NCBI RefSeq assembly: GCF_022045235.1
Contig: NW_027266267.1
Coordinates: forward strand, 29,512,001-29,576,000
Direction: 5' to 3'
DNA length: 64,000 nt
Source of the DNA: Haliotis cracherodii
Taxonomy: Eukaryota
The notes under the pieces were generated by a model. That model had not been told where the DNA came from. It made no database searches and saw nothing but the letters and a program-made list of their open reading frames with translations. This document shows, piece after piece, positions 39,398 to 52,509 of this stretch. A program made the position numbers and the translations under genes. The stretch's first letter is position 1. Each line of letters begins with the position of its first letter.

Positions 39398-42300
39398 TAG
39401 AGGCAACTGGCCTAAGTGGGACTAGTCTGACACGGGGCAGCAGCCTTCAAAGGGTAAGAGGCAACTGGTCTGAGTGGGACTAGTCTGACACAGGGTAGCA
39501 GCCTTCAAAAGGTAAGAGGCAACCGGCCTGAGTGGGACTAGTCTGACACAGGACAGCAGCCTTCAAACGGTAAGAGGCAACTGTCGTGGGACTAGTCTGA
39601 CACAGAGCAGCAGCCTTCAAACGGTAAGAGGCAACTGGCCTGGTTGGGACTAGTCTGACACAGAGCAGCAGCCTTCAAACGGTAAGAGGCAACTGGCCTG
39701 GGACTAGTCTGACACAGGGCAGCAGCCTTCAAACAGTAAGAGGCAACCGGCCTGAGTGGGACTAGTCTGACACAGGGCAGAGGCCTTCAAACGGTAACAA
39801 GCAACTGGCCTGAGTGTGACTAGTCTGACACAGGGCAGCAGCCTTCAAACGGTAACAAGTAACTGGCCTGAGTGGGACTAGTCTGACAGGGAAGCAGCCT
39901 TCAAACGGTAAGAGGCAACTGGCCTGGGACTATTTTGACAGGGCAGCAGCCTTCAAACGGTAAGAGGCAACTGGCCTGAGTGGGACTAGTCTGACAGGGA
40001 AGCAGCCTTCAAACGGTAAGAGGCAACTGGCCTGCGTGGGACTAGTCTGACACAGCAGCAGCCTTCAAACGGTAAGAGGCAACTGGCCTGCGTGGGACTA
40101 GTCTGACACAGGGCAGCAGCCTTCAAACGGTAAGAGGCAACTGGCCTGGGTGGGACTAGTCGGACACAGGGCAGCAGCCTTCAAACAGTAGGAGGCAACC
40201 AGCCTGAGTGGGACTAGTCTGACAGGGCAGCAGCCTTCAAACGGTAAGAGGCAACTGGCCTGGGACTAGTCTGACACAGAGCAGCAGCCTTCAAACGGTA
40301 AGAGGCAACTGGCGTGGGACTAGTCTGATACAGGGCAGCAACCTTCAAACGGTAAGAGGCAACTGGCCTGAGTGGGACTAGTCTGACACAGGGCAGCGGC
40401 CTTCAAACGGTAAGAAGCAACTGGCCTGAGTGTGACTAGTCTGACACAGGGTAGCAGCCTTCAAAAGGTAAGAGGCAACCGGCCTGAGTGGGACTAGTCT
40501 GACACAGGGTAGCAGCCTTCAAAAGGTAAGAGGCAACCGGCCTGAGTGGGACTAGTCTGACAGGGCAGCAGCCTTCAAAAGGTAAGAGGCAACTGGCCTG
40601 CGTGGGACTAGTCTGACACAGGGCAGCAGCCTTCAAACGGTAAGAGGCAACCAGCCTGAGTGGGACTAGTCTGACACAGAGCAGCAGCCTTCAAACGGTA
40701 AGAGGCAACTGGCGTGGGACTAGTCTGACACAGAGCAGCAGCCTTCAAACGTTAGGAGGCAACTGGCGTGGGACTAGTCAGACAGGGCAGCGGCCTTCAA
40801 ACGGAAGGAGGCAACTGGCCTGAGTGGGACTAGTCTGACACAGGGCAGCAGCCTTCAAACGGTAACAAGCAACTGGCCTGAGTGGGACTAGTCTGACAGG
40901 GAAGCAGCCTTCAAACGGTAAGAGGCAACTGGCCTGGGACTATTTTGACAGGGCAGCAGCCTTCAAACGGTAAGAGGCAACTGGCCTGAGTGGGACTAGT
41001 CTGACAGGGAAGCAGCCTTCAAACGGTAAGAGGCAACTGGCCTGCGTGGGACTAGTCTGATACAGGGCAGCAACCTTCAAACGGTAAGAGGCAATTGGCC
41101 TGAGTGCGACTAGTCAGACACAGGGCAGCAGCCTTCAAACAGTAGGAGGCAAATGGCCTGAGTGGGACTAGTCTGACAGGGAAGCAGCCTTCAAACGGTA
41201 ACAAGCAACTGGCCTGCGTGGGACTAGTCTGATACAGGGCAGCAACCTTCAAAGGGTAAGAGGCAAATGGCCTGGGACTAGTCTGACACAGGGCAGCAGC
41301 CTTCAAAGGGTAACAGGCAACTGGCCTGGGACTAGTTTGACACAGAGCAGCAGCCTTCAAAGGGTAAGAGGCAAATGGCCTGGGACTAGACTGACACAGG
41401 GCAGCAGCCTTCAAAGGGTAAGAGGCAACAGGCCTGGGACTAGCCAGACACAGTGCAGCAGCCTTCAAAGGGTAAGAGGCAACAGGCCTGGGACTAGTCT
41501 GACACAGGGCAGCAGCCTTCAAAGGGTAACAGGCAACTGGCCTGGGACTAGCCAGACACAGAGCAGCAGCCTTCAAAGGGTAAGAGGCAAATGGCCTGGG
41601 ACTAGTCTGACACAGGGCAGCAGCCTTCAAAGGGTAACAGGCAACTGGCCTGGGACTAGCCAGACACAGAGCAGCAGCCTTCAAAGGGTAAGAGGCAACT
41701 GGCCTGGGACTAGTCTGACACAGGGCAGCAGCCTTCAAAGGGTAACAGGCAACTGGCCTGGGACTAGCCTGACACAGGGCAGCAGCCTTCAAAGGGTAAC
41801 AGGCAACTGGCCTGGGACTAGTCTGACACAGGGCAGCAGCCTTCAAAGGGTAACAGGCAACTGGCCTGGGACTAGCCAGACACAGAGCAGCAGCCTTCAA
41901 AGGGTAACAGGCAACTGGCCTGGGACTAGCCTGACACAGAGCAGCAGCCTTCAAAGGGTAACAGGCAACTGGCCTGGGACTAGCCTGACACAGTGCAGCA
42001 GCCTTCAAAGGGTAACAGGCAACTGGCCTGGGACTAGCCTGACACAGGGCAGCAGCCTTCAAAGGGTAACAGGCAAATGGCCGGGGACTAGTCTGGCACA
42101 GGGCAGCAGCCTTCAAAGGGTAACAGGCAACTGGCCTGGGACTAGTCTGACACAGGGCAGCAGCCTTCAAAGGGTAAGAGGCAACTGGCCTGGGACTAGT
42201 CTGACACAGGGCAGCGGCCTTCAAACGGTAAGAAGCAACTGGCCTGAGTGTGACTAGTCTGACACAGGGCAGCAGCCTTCAAAGGGTAACAGGCAACTGG

Positions 42301-44087
42301 CCTGGGACTAGCCAGACACAGAGCAGCAGCCTTCAAAGGGTAACAGGCAAATGGCCTGGGACTAGTCTGACACAGGGCAGCAGCCTTCAAAGGGTAACAG
42401 GCAACTGGCCTGGGACTAGCCAGACACAGAGCAGCAGCCTTCAAAGGGTAAGAGGCAACTGGCCTGGGACTAGTCTGACACAGGGCAGCAGCCTTCAAAG
42501 GGTAACAGGCAACTGGCCTGGGACTAGCCTGACACAGGGCAGCAGCCTTCAAAGGGTAACAGGCAACTGGCCTGGGACTAGTCTGACACAGGGCAGCAGC
42601 CTTCAAAGGGTAACAGGCAACTGGCCGGGGACTAGCCAGACACAGAGCAGCAGCCTTCAAAGGGTAACAGGCAACTGGCCTGGGACTAGCCTGACACAGA
42701 GCAGCAGCCTTCAAAGGGTAACAGGCAACTGGCCTGGGACTAGCCTGACACAGTGCAGCAGCCTTCAAAGGGTAACAGGCAACTGGCCTGGGACTAGCCT
42801 GACACAGGGCAGCAGCCTTCAAAGGGTAACAGGCAAATGGCCGGGGACTAGTCTGGCACAGGGCAGCAGCCTTCAAAGGGTAACAGGCAACTGGCCTGGG
42901 ACTAGTCTGACACAGGGCAGCAGCCTTCAAAGGGTAAGAGGCAACTGGCCTGGGACTAGTCTGACACAGGGCAGCAACCTTCAAAGGGTAACAGGCAACT
43001 GGCCTGGGACTAGCCTGACACAGTGCAGCAGCCTTCAAAGGGTAACAGGCAACTGGCCTGGGACTAGCCTGACACAGGGCAGCAGCCTTCAAAGGGTAAC
43101 AGGCAACTGGCCTGGGACTAGCCTGACACAGGGCAGCAGCCTTCAAAGGGTAACAGGCAACTGGCCTGGGACTAGTCTGACACAGGACAGCAGCCTTCAA
43201 AGGGTAACAGGCAACTGGCGTGGGACTAGCCTGACACAGTGCAGCAGCCTTCAAAGGGTAACAGGCAACTGGCCTGGGACTAGCCTGACACAGGGCAGCA
43301 GCCTTCAAAGGGTAACAGGCAACTGGCCTGGGACTAGTCTGACAGGGCAGCAGCCTTCAAAGGGTAACAGGCAACTGGCCTGAGACTAGCCTGACACAGG
43401 GCAGCAGCCTTCAAAGGGTAACAGGCAACTGGCCTGGGACTAGCCTGACACAGTGCAGCAGCCTTCAAAGGGTAACAGGCAACTGGCCTGGGACTAGCCT
43501 GACACAGGGCAGCAGCCTTCAAAGGGTAACAGGCAACTGGCCTGGGACTAGTCTGAGACAGGGCAGCAGCCTTCAAAGGGTAACAGGCAACTGGCCTGGG
43601 ACTAGTCTGACACAGGACAGCAGCCTTCAAAGGGTAACAGGCAACTGGCGTGGGACTAGCCTGACACAGTGCAGCAGCCTTCAAAGGGTAACAGGCAACT
43701 GGCCTGGGACTAGCCTGACACAGGGCAGCAGCCTTCAAAGGGTAACAGGCAACTGGCCTGGGACTAGTCTGACAGGGCAGCAGCCTTCAAAGGGTAACAG
43801 GCAACTGGCCTGGGACTAGCCTGACACAGGGCAGCAGCCTTCAAAGGGTAACAGGCAACTGGCCTGGGACTAGCCTGACACAGTGCAGCAGCCTTCAAAG
43901 GGTAAGAGGCAACTGGCCTGGGACTAGCCTGACACAGGGCAGCAGCCTTCAAAGGGTAACAGGCAACTGGCCTGGGACTAGTCTGAGACAGGGCAGCAGC
44001 CTTCAAAGGGTAAGAGGCAACAGGCCTGGGACTAGCCTGACACAGGGCAGCAGCCTTCAAAGGGTAACAGGCAACTGGCCTGGGACT
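39398..44087. repeat. 54-58-bp minisatellite, ~4.7 kb, filling NCSTN intron 13
   Basis: Unit GGCAACTGGCCTGGGACTAGTCTGACACAGGGCAGCAGCCTTCAAAGGGTAACA. Confidence 0.98.
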
Positions 44088-44181
44088 GAGGCAAGAAACA
44101 AGTAGCACTATCCAATATGTTGTAAAAACATTATGGTGGTAGACTTTGTACAGGCTCCTACTCAATTGCCGTTTTACTTAC

Positions 44182-44308
44182 CATCAATATCAAACGCTGG
44201 AGACTTAGCTGTTGTCAACATGGTGGTAGACTTTATACAGGCTCCTACTCGAGAGTTGTCAGTTGCATTGGGTTTCAAGTTTCCTTGTATCCACAGAAAC
44301 TGATGTGT
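44182..44308 (-). CDS. NCSTN: Nicastrin exon 13
   Basis: THQFLWIQGNLKPNATDNSRVGACIKSTTMLTTAKSPAFDID(G)|gtaagt. Confidence 0.94.
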
Positions 44309-44618
44309 CTGAAGGCAGATAAAACTTAACAGCTGAAATAATTTCCTCACAATGACAGAAATGAAAGGTTTGTTGAACATATAATATCACCAAATACCAA
44401 TGTTTATATGAACAAGAAATTTATTGTACTTATACATCTATGGTATATAAGAGTGTCAACAATTTTTGTAAAAATGCTCTTTATTGGAAAACTGACTCAC
44501 TAAAACTGTATCTAAAACTTGTCTATAGAAAATAGAATTTGGCAAAGTCAATCTCGACATCTCAAGGATGTCTCACCAGAATGACGTAGGGACTGACAAT
44601 TCAAAGCTCCACACACAC

Positions 44619-44767
44619 CTTATCATTGTCTGGAGCTTTACAGCTGTCTTTAGAAGTGTTGACTTTCTCCCCCAGGTACTGTGCCAGGATGTGATGGGTC
44701 AAGGTCGTCACCTGGTTAGTGTTCAAATTCACACTCACATAGAAGGGGAATGGCTTCTTGGCCTTCT
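44619..44767 (-). CDS. NCSTN: Nicastrin exon 12
   Basis: (E)KAKKPFPFYVSVNLNTNQVTTLTHHILAQYLGEKVNTSKDSCKAPDNDK|gtgtgt. Confidence 0.9.
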
Positions 44768-44894
44768 CTGCAAATGAAATAGAAACTCAACTGGGCAGCC
44801 TGTGAATACCAAACCAATGCCTCCCTCTAATCAACATCCCTAAATAAACCATGTCTCGCTTCCTCACTAAACAACGTCTCCCTCTCCTGGGACT

Positions 44895-46572
44895 CTCCAG
44901 TTTTGGTTCACTCCAGTCTTGGTTCACTCCAGTCTTGGTTCACTCCAGTCTTGGTTCACTCCAGGCCTGGTTCACTCCAGGCCTGGTTCACTCCAGTCTT
45001 GGTTCACTCCAGTCTTGGTTCACTCCAGTCTTGGGTCACTCCAAGCTTGGTTCACTCCAGTCTTGATTAACTCCAGCCTTGATTTACTCCAGTCTTGGTT
45101 CACTCCAGTCTTGGTTCACTCCAGGCTTGGTTCACTCCAGTCTTGGTTCACTCCAGTCTTGGTTCACTCCAGTCTTGATTAACTCCAGCCTTGATTTACT
45201 CCAGTCTTGGGTCACTCCAGTCTTGGGTCACTCCAGTCTTGGTTCACTCCAGTTTTGGTTCACTCCAGTTTTGGGTCACTCCAGTCTTGGTTCACTCCAG
45301 TTTTGGGTCACTCCAGTCTTGGTTCACTCCAGTCTTGGTTCACTCCAGTCTTGATTAACTCCAGCCTTGATTTACTCCAGTCTTGGGTCACTCCAGTCTT
45401 GGTTCACTCCAGTCTTGGTTCACTCCAGTTTTGGTTCACTCCAGTCTTGGGTCACTCCAGTCTTGGTTCACTCCAGTCTTGGGTCACTCCAGTCTTGGTT
45501 CACTCCAGTTTTGGTTCACTCCAGTTTTGGGTCACTCCAGGCTTGGTTCACTCCAGTCTTGGTTCACTCCAGTCTTGGGTCACTCCAGTCTTGGTTCACT
45601 CCAGTTTTGGTTCACTCCAGTTTTGGGTCACTCCAGGCTTGGTTCACTCCAGTCTTGGGTCACTCCAGTCTTGATTTACTCTAAGCTTGGGTCACTCCAG
45701 GCTTGATTTACTCCAGTCTTGGTTCACTCCAGTCTTGGGTCATTCCAGTCTTGATTTACTCCAGTCTTGGTTCACTCCAGTCTTGGGTCACTCCAGGCTT
45801 GGTTCACTCCAGTCTTGGTTCACTCCAGTCATGGTTCACTCCAGGCTTGGTTCACTCCAGTCTTGGGTCACTCCAGTCTTGGTTCACTCAAGTCTTGGTT
45901 CACTCCAGTCTTGGGTCACTCCAGTCTTGGTTCACTCCAGTCTTGGGTCACTCCAGTCTTGGTTCACTCCAGTCTTGGGTCACTCCAGTCTTGATTTACT
46001 CCAGTCTTGGGTCACTCCAGGCTTGGTTCACTCCAGGCTTGGTTCACTCCAGTCTTGGTTCACTCCAGTCATGGTTCACTCCAGGCTTGGTTCACTCCAG
46101 TCTTGGGTCACTCCAGTCTTGGTTCACTCAAGTCTTGGTTCACTCAGTCTTGGGTCACTCCAGTCTTGGTTCACTCCAGTCTTGGGTCACTCCAGTCTTG
46201 GTTCACTCCAGGCTTGGTTCACTCCAGTCTTGGGCCACTCCAGTCTTGATTTACTCCAGTCTTGGGTCACTCCAGGCTTGGTTCACTCCAGGCTTGGTTC
46301 ACTCCAGTCTTGGTTCACTCCAGTCTTGGTTCACTCCAGTCTTGATTTACTCCAGTCTTGGTTCACTCCAGTCTTGGTTCACTCCAGTCTTGGGTCACTC
46401 CAGTCTTGGTTCACTCTAGTCTTAGTTCACTCCAGTCTTGGTTCACTCCAGTCTTGGTTCACTCCAGTCTTGGGTCACTCCAGGCTTGGTTAACTCCAGT
46501 CTTGGGCCACTCCAGTCTTTGCTCACTCCAGTCTTTGCTCACTCCAGTCTTGGGTCACTCCAGTCTTGGTTC
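44895..46572. repeat. 16-bp minisatellite, NCSTN intron 11
   Basis: Unit CTCCAGTCTTGGTTCA. Confidence 0.98.
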
Positions 46573-46575
46573 TCT

Positions 46576-47415
46576 TGGATCTCTGCCTTACTATGGATCT
46601 CTGCTTCACCATGGATCTCTGCTTCACCATGGATCTGTTTCACTATGGATCTGTTTCACTATGGATCTCTGCTTCACTATGGATCTCTGCTTCACCATGG
46701 ATCTCTGCTTCACCATGGATCTCTGTTTCACCATGGATGGATCTCTGTTTCACCATGGATCTCTGCTTCACCATGGATCTCTGCTTCACCATGGATCTCT
46801 GCTTCACTGTGGATCTCTGTTTCACTATGGATCTCTGCTTCACTATGGATCTCTGATTCACTATGGATCTCTGCTTCACCGTGGATCTCTGCTTCACCAT
46901 GGATCTCTGCTTCACCGTGGATCTCTGCTTCACCATGGATCTCTGCTTCACCATGGATCTCTGCTTCACTATGGATCTCTGCTTCACTATGGATCTCTGT
47001 TTCACTATTGATCTCTGCTTCACCATGGATCTCTGCTTCACTATGGATCTCTGTTTCACTATGGATCTCTGTTTCACTATGGATCTCTGTTTCACTATGG
47101 ATCTCTGCTTCACTATGGATCTCTGCTTCACCGTGGATCTCTGCTTCACCATGGATCTCTGCTTCACCGTGGATCTCTGCTTCACCATGGATCTCTGCTT
47201 CACCATGGATCTCTGCTTCACCATGGATCTCTGCTTCACTATGGATCTCTGCTTCACTATGGATCTCTGTTTCACTATTGATCTCTGTTTCACTATGGAT
47301 CTCTGTTTCACCATGGATCTCTGTTTCACTATGGATCTCTGCTTCATCATGGATCTCTGCTTCACTATGGATCTCTGCTTCACTGTTGATCTCTGCTTCA
47401 CTATGGATCTCTGCT
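46576..47415. repeat. 18-bp minisatellite, NCSTN intron 11
   Basis: Unit GGATCTCTGCTTCACYAT; directly abuts the 16-bp array. Confidence 0.98.
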
Positions 47416-47707
47416 ACACTTTTTCTCTTGTTACTTTGTATATATATATTTTGTGTGTTTCATGTCTTCTGTATGCGCCTTGAGCATGCCCCTTCGGTGT
47501 GTAGAGGTACGGCACCAACTAAATAGCCACATTATTACTAACACTTTTCATACCAATTATGACTAAACCATCCTGGGTGGCATCTCCAGATGCTGTCTCG
47601 AGCAGTGACAGTCAAGTACTATATCTCAACCAGTGTGGTCTAATATGTCAGTTACCATGGATACAAATACTGTTTATATGTACCTCCAGTACCATGAGAG
47701 TACGTAC

Positions 47708-47795
47708 CCAGACTTTCGGCATCATCTGGGTCGATGCTTCTGCGGAACAGCTCACAGTGTTGGTTGTAGAGGAAGCACTGGAGGAGACTCTCCAC
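47708..47795 (-). CDS. NCSTN: Nicastrin exon 11
   Basis: VESLLQCFLYNQHCELFRRSIDPDDAESL|gtacgt; 88 nt, phase 0/1. Confidence 0.9.
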
Positions 47796-48145
47796 CTGGA
47801 CAGGCAAACACTCAGTCATCACTTACATTACAGCCCTCTTATTACCCTTCGAATCGGCTGCATACACAATTCAAGTTGACGACAGAAGTGTAAGTATGCG
47901 CATGCAGATTCCTTTTGGAATTACAGAAGCATTTCAAAGGTATTTCAAAGTGTATAACTTAAAACACATGATAAAATTTGAATCCACCCAATTTACTTAT
48001 AATTTTGATATGTATTGTGGAAAGAACGAACCTCAATTCACCGATAAACCGGTAATACCGCGCACCTAAATGAACACGAAAACAAATGCGTCATGACACA
48101 GATTAGGAAACAGATTGGATGACAGGTAAACGGGAGATAACTCAC

Positions 48146-48332
48146 TGTGTCCTTATTAGCCTTGAGAGTGCTGGGGGCGTCCTTGCCAGTCGAGAGTTTG
48201 TACAGGAATTGAGCAAGAGTGGTGGCTAGGTCTGTGAGAGACTGAGTCTGTGTGTCGTCCGAGGGGTCCGACTGGTTGCCGTGGTCGGACACATTAATCT
48301 TAGAGGGAAGGTCAAAGCGGCTGTTGTAGTAC
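48146..48332 (-). CDS. NCSTN: Nicastrin exon 10
   Basis: (K)YYNSRFDLPSKINVSDHGNQ...LATTLAQFLYKLSTGKDAPSTLKANKDT|gtgagt. Confidence 0.93.
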
Positions 48333-48557
48333 CTGCAATAGGAGACAGTCAGCTGGTTTCAGGCAGCTTACAGCAGTTCGGAGTTAAAGATAAACATGTC
48401 CGCATAATGGGTTTGGATAAACCAAGATGTCAAGTCATGGATGTTTACCACAAACATGTAGCTGACAGATCAAAGATTGTCATTGGGGCAAAACAAACTG
48501 TAGCCAGTGGATCTTTCAACAATCCACTGTCATAACTACTATTGAGAGTAGCTAACC

Positions 48558-48950
48558 ATCCAGGTCATGTCTGCTGCAGGTCAACCCTCCAGGTCATGTC
48601 TGCTGCAGGTCAAGTCTGCTGCATGTCAACCTTCCAGGTCATGTCTGCTGCAGGTCAAGTCTGCTGCATGTCAACCTTCCAGGTCATGTCTGCTGCATGT
48701 CAACCCTCCAGGCCATGTCTGCTGCAGGTCAAGTCTGCTGCATGTCAACCTTCCAGGTCATGTCTGCTGCAGGTCAACCTTCCAGGGCATGTCTGCTGCA
48801 GGTCAACCCTCCAGGCCATGTCTGCTGCAGGTCATGTCTGCTGCATGTCAACCTTCCAGGTCATGTCTGCTGCAGGTCAACCCTCCAGGTCATGTCTGCT
48901 GCAGGTCAACCTTTCAGGGCATGTCTGCTGCAGGTCAACCCTCCAGGTCA
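48558..48950. repeat. ~29-bp composite minisatellite, NCSTN intron 9
   Basis: CAGGTCATGTCTGCTGCAGGTCAACCYTC with 16-bp half-unit variants. Confidence 0.94.
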
Positions 48951-49021
48951 TATATGGGCAATGAAACATCTATCCTTGTGCCACAATGCAAGGACTTACT
49001 GATGACATGCATGAGACTTAC

Positions 49022-49191
49022 TTGTTGGTGAACTGCTTCTCATGATCAGTGAGGACGATGGCAGGAATGTTTGCCTTCATCAGGAACCTCTGGACCGAGG
49101 CTGGGGGGAGCGGCGTATCCTCCGTCACATTGGCAAGGTCAACATCCAGCCTGGACCCGATGGACTTGAGGGACTGGATCATGTCAGACAG
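49022..49191 (-). CDS. NCSTN: Nicastrin exon 9
   Basis: LSDMIQSLK...TPLPPASVQRFLMKANIPAIVLTDHEKQFTN(K)|gtaagt. Confidence 0.94.
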
Positions 49192-49498
49192 CTGCGTGAG
49201 GAGAAACAAGACACAACATGTCCAAGGGAATGTAGACACCGAGGATTGATGGAACACTTGTACATGGTAGATATCACCATAACTGAAAAAGGATTACTTG
49301 ACTAGAAAAAATGTAATATCACCATTAATACTCAAGATGCAAAGACCTTGCATTGACCACTTTAGTGAATCCCAGGAGCATGGATATGGTGCTGAAGGAA
49401 CCAGCTCTGCAAAGCAAATTCCAGGACCACATGACTCCGCCACCCAAGGCTCCTGCTGGACTGAAAAAAAACCTACCTTGTATGTCGACACATGGCCC

Positions 49499-49872
49499 TG
49501 CAGCATGACACAGTCAGGACTTTAGTATCCTCACTTGCCCCTTTTACCTGAGTGGGATCCTTCAGCATGACACAGGCAGGACTTCAGTATCCTCACTTGC
49601 CCCTTTTACCTGAGTGGGATCCTGCAGCATGACACAGGTAGGACTTCAGTATCCTCACTTGCCCCTTTTACCTGAGTGGGATCCTGCAGCATGACACAGT
49701 CACGACTTTAGTATCCTCACTTGCCCCTTTTACCTGAGTGGGATCCTGCAGCATGACACAGGCAGGACTTCAGTATCCTCACTTGCCCCTTTTACCTGAG
49801 TGGGATCCTGCAGCATGACACAGGCAGGACTTCAGTATCCTCACTTGCCCCTTTTACCTGAGTGGGATCCTG
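49499..49872. repeat. 62-bp tandem repeat (x6) spanning the NCSTN exon 8 donor
   Basis: CAGCATGACA recurs at 49501, 49563, 49625, 49687, 49749 and 49811; the last unit runs into exon 8. Confidence 0.97.
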
Positions 49873-50082
49873 TAGCTTGGGTCTAGTGATGGGGTCGGTG
49901 TGTATCCAAAGCTTGCCCTGATCTCGCAGCCCCACCTGGCTGACCTCCACGAAGCTGTGAATGTCGTCAAGTCGGATCTCCTGGAGACTCACGACCTTCT
50001 CACTGATCTCCTGGGGGAACTGGGTAGAGTTGGAGTCCATGTCATAAACCATACGACTTGAGCCGATGTAGTCAAATGACTC
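49858..50082 (-). CDS. NCSTN: Nicastrin exon 8 (DYIGS motif)
   Basis: ESFDYIGSSRMVYDM...FVEVSQVG...LWIHTDPITRPKLQDPTQ|gtaaaa. Confidence 0.95.
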
Positions 50083-50092
50083 CTGAAACACA

Positions 50093-51202
50093 ACCCCAGC
50101 TTTGTACATGTGCCAACACAACGGGGGTAAATAACTACTGCATTGTACATGTGCCCACACAACGGAGGGTAAATATCCACAGCATTGTACATGTGCCCAC
50201 ACAACGGGGGGTAAATAACCGCAGCATTGTACATGTGCCCACACAAGGGGGGGTAAATAACCGCAGCATTGTACATGTGCTAACACAACGGAGGGTAAAT
50301 CACCTCCGGGTTTGTACATGTACCCACACAACGGAGGGTAAATAACCCTAGCATTGTACATTTGCCCACACAACGGAGGGTAAATAACCCCAGCATTGTA
50401 CATTTGCCCACGCAACGGAGGGTAAATGACTTCTGCATTGTACATGTGCCCACGCAACGGAGGGTAAATAACTACTGCATTGTACATTTGCCCACACAAT
50501 GGAGGGGAAATAACCCCAGCATTGTACATGTGCCCACACAACGGGGGGTAAATAACCACAGCATTGTACATGTGCCAACACAACGGGGGGTAAATAACTA
50601 CTGCATTGTACATGTGCTCACACAAAGGGGGGTAAATAACCCCAGCATTGTACATGTGCCCACACAACAGGGGGTAAATAACTACTGCATAGTACATGTG
50701 TCCAAACAATGGAGGGTAAATAACCACAGCATTGTACATGTGCCCACACAACGGAGGGTAAATAACCACAGAATTGTACATGTGCCCACACAACGGAGGG
50801 TAAATAACCCCAGCATTGTACATGTGCCCACACAACGGAGGGTAAATAACTAATGCATTGTACATGTGCCCACACAACGGAGGGTAAATAACCACAGCAG
50901 TGTACATGTGCCCACGCAACGGAGGGTAAATAACTAATGCATTGTACATGTGCCCACACAACGGAGGGTAAATAACCACAGCAGTGTACATGTGCCCACG
51001 CAACGGAGGGTAAATAACTACTGCATTGTACATGTGCCAACACAACGGAGGGTAAATAACCACAGCAGTGTACATGTGCCCACACAACGGAGGATAAATA
51101 ACTAATGCATTGTACATGTGCCCACACAACAGGGGGTAAATAACCACAGCACTGTACATGTGCCCACACAACAGGGGGTAAATAACCACAGCATTGTACA
51201 TG
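50093..51202. repeat. 42-bp minisatellite, NCSTN intron 7
   Basis: Unit CAGCATTGTACATGTGCCCACACAACGGAGGGTAAATAACCA. Confidence 0.97.
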
Positions 51203-51335
51203 TACATTGTTTCCTGAGGCTAGGTCATTTGTTGTTTCCAGCTTTTTGTCCTTGTTAGAAGTAGAATCTAAATACACTCATAAAACTAACTTCAAACTAA
51301 ACTCGATCTGAACTGATGAGGGAAGTATGACTGAC

Positions 51336-51497
51336 CCCTTGGAACAAGGTGAACATGATGTCCTTGGCAGTGGGCATGTCCTGGATCTCCTGTCTGGTTG
51401 CACCCAGAGCTTCAGCCACAGCCAGGACCGTCACAATGCCCGTCACCGTGGAGTCCGAGGCTGGGTACTCGTTGTGAAACATGGCCAGAGAGTCCAT
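51336..51497 (-). CDS. NCSTN: Nicastrin exon 7
   Basis: MDSLAMFHNEYPASDSTVTGIVTVLAVAEAL...IMFTLFQG|gtcagt. Confidence 0.95.
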
Positions 51498-51529
51498 CTG
51501 TAAGACATCAAATACTTGTCTCAGACATG

Positions 51530-52185
51530 TCATAACAGTGTCTCATACTGTACATAACACTGTCTCACACTGTATATAACACTGTATCACACTGTATATA
51601 ACACTGTCTCACTGTCCATAACACTGTCTCATAGTGAACATAACGCTGTCTCATACTGTACATAACACTGTCTCACACTGTATATAACACTGTCTCACTG
51701 TCCAAAACACTGTCTCACACTGTACATAACACTGTCTCACACTGTACATAACACTGTCTCATACTGTACATAACACTGTCTCACACTGTATATAACACTG
51801 TCTCACACTGTCCATAACACTGTCTCGCTGTCCAAAATACTGTCTCACACTGTACATAACACTGTCTCACTGTCCATAACACTGTCTCATAGTGAACATA
51901 ACACTGTCTCACACTGTACATAACACTGTCTCACACTGTATATAACACTGTCTCACTGTCCATAACACTGTCTCATAGTGAACATAACACTGTCTCGCAC
52001 TGTACATAACACTGTCTCACACTGTATATAACACTGTCTCATACTGTATATAACACTGTCTCATACTGTACATAATACTCTCACACTGTCCATAACACTG
52101 TCTCACACTGTACACTGTCCATAACACTGTACATAGCACTGTCTCACACTGTTCATAACACTGTCTCATAGTGAACATAACACTG
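51530..52185. repeat. 20-22-bp minisatellite, NCSTN intron 6
   Basis: Unit CATAACACTGTCTCACACTGTA. Confidence 0.97.
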
Positions 52186-52254
52186 TGTGTTGTTTGAAAC
52201 CTCCTAAATAAGGGCAATGGACATTAGCTTCTGTGCCCTGTGTTGAGCAGGTAC

Positions 52255-52509
52255 CTTGGTGGCGAACACTATCACGGACTTGTTCAGCCTCTGTTCTGTA
52301 GAGTTGACAGTCTTCATGGTGGCGACAATGTTCTTGTCTCCGAGAGGGTCGCAGTATCGGACGGGGTTACTCAGATTGGTGATTCTGTTCGTCCTTCTGG
52401 TACAGGTCACGGAGTCCTTGGCCGCGTCCATCCTGTCGTTCAGCTGGACGGCACACAGCGGGTAGTTGCGCGGCGTGCCATTTATGGGCCGGTTGAATCT
52501 CTCATAGCA
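52255..52509 (-). CDS. NCSTN: Nicastrin exon 6
   Basis: CYERFNRPINGTPRNYPLCAVQL...DSVTCTRR...YCDPLGDKNI...VIVFATK|gtacct. Confidence 0.95.

Noticed and set aside
24886-47415. CRISPR-like regular repeats
   Set aside because: Head-to-tail units without unique spacers, no cas genes, eukaryotic intron context.
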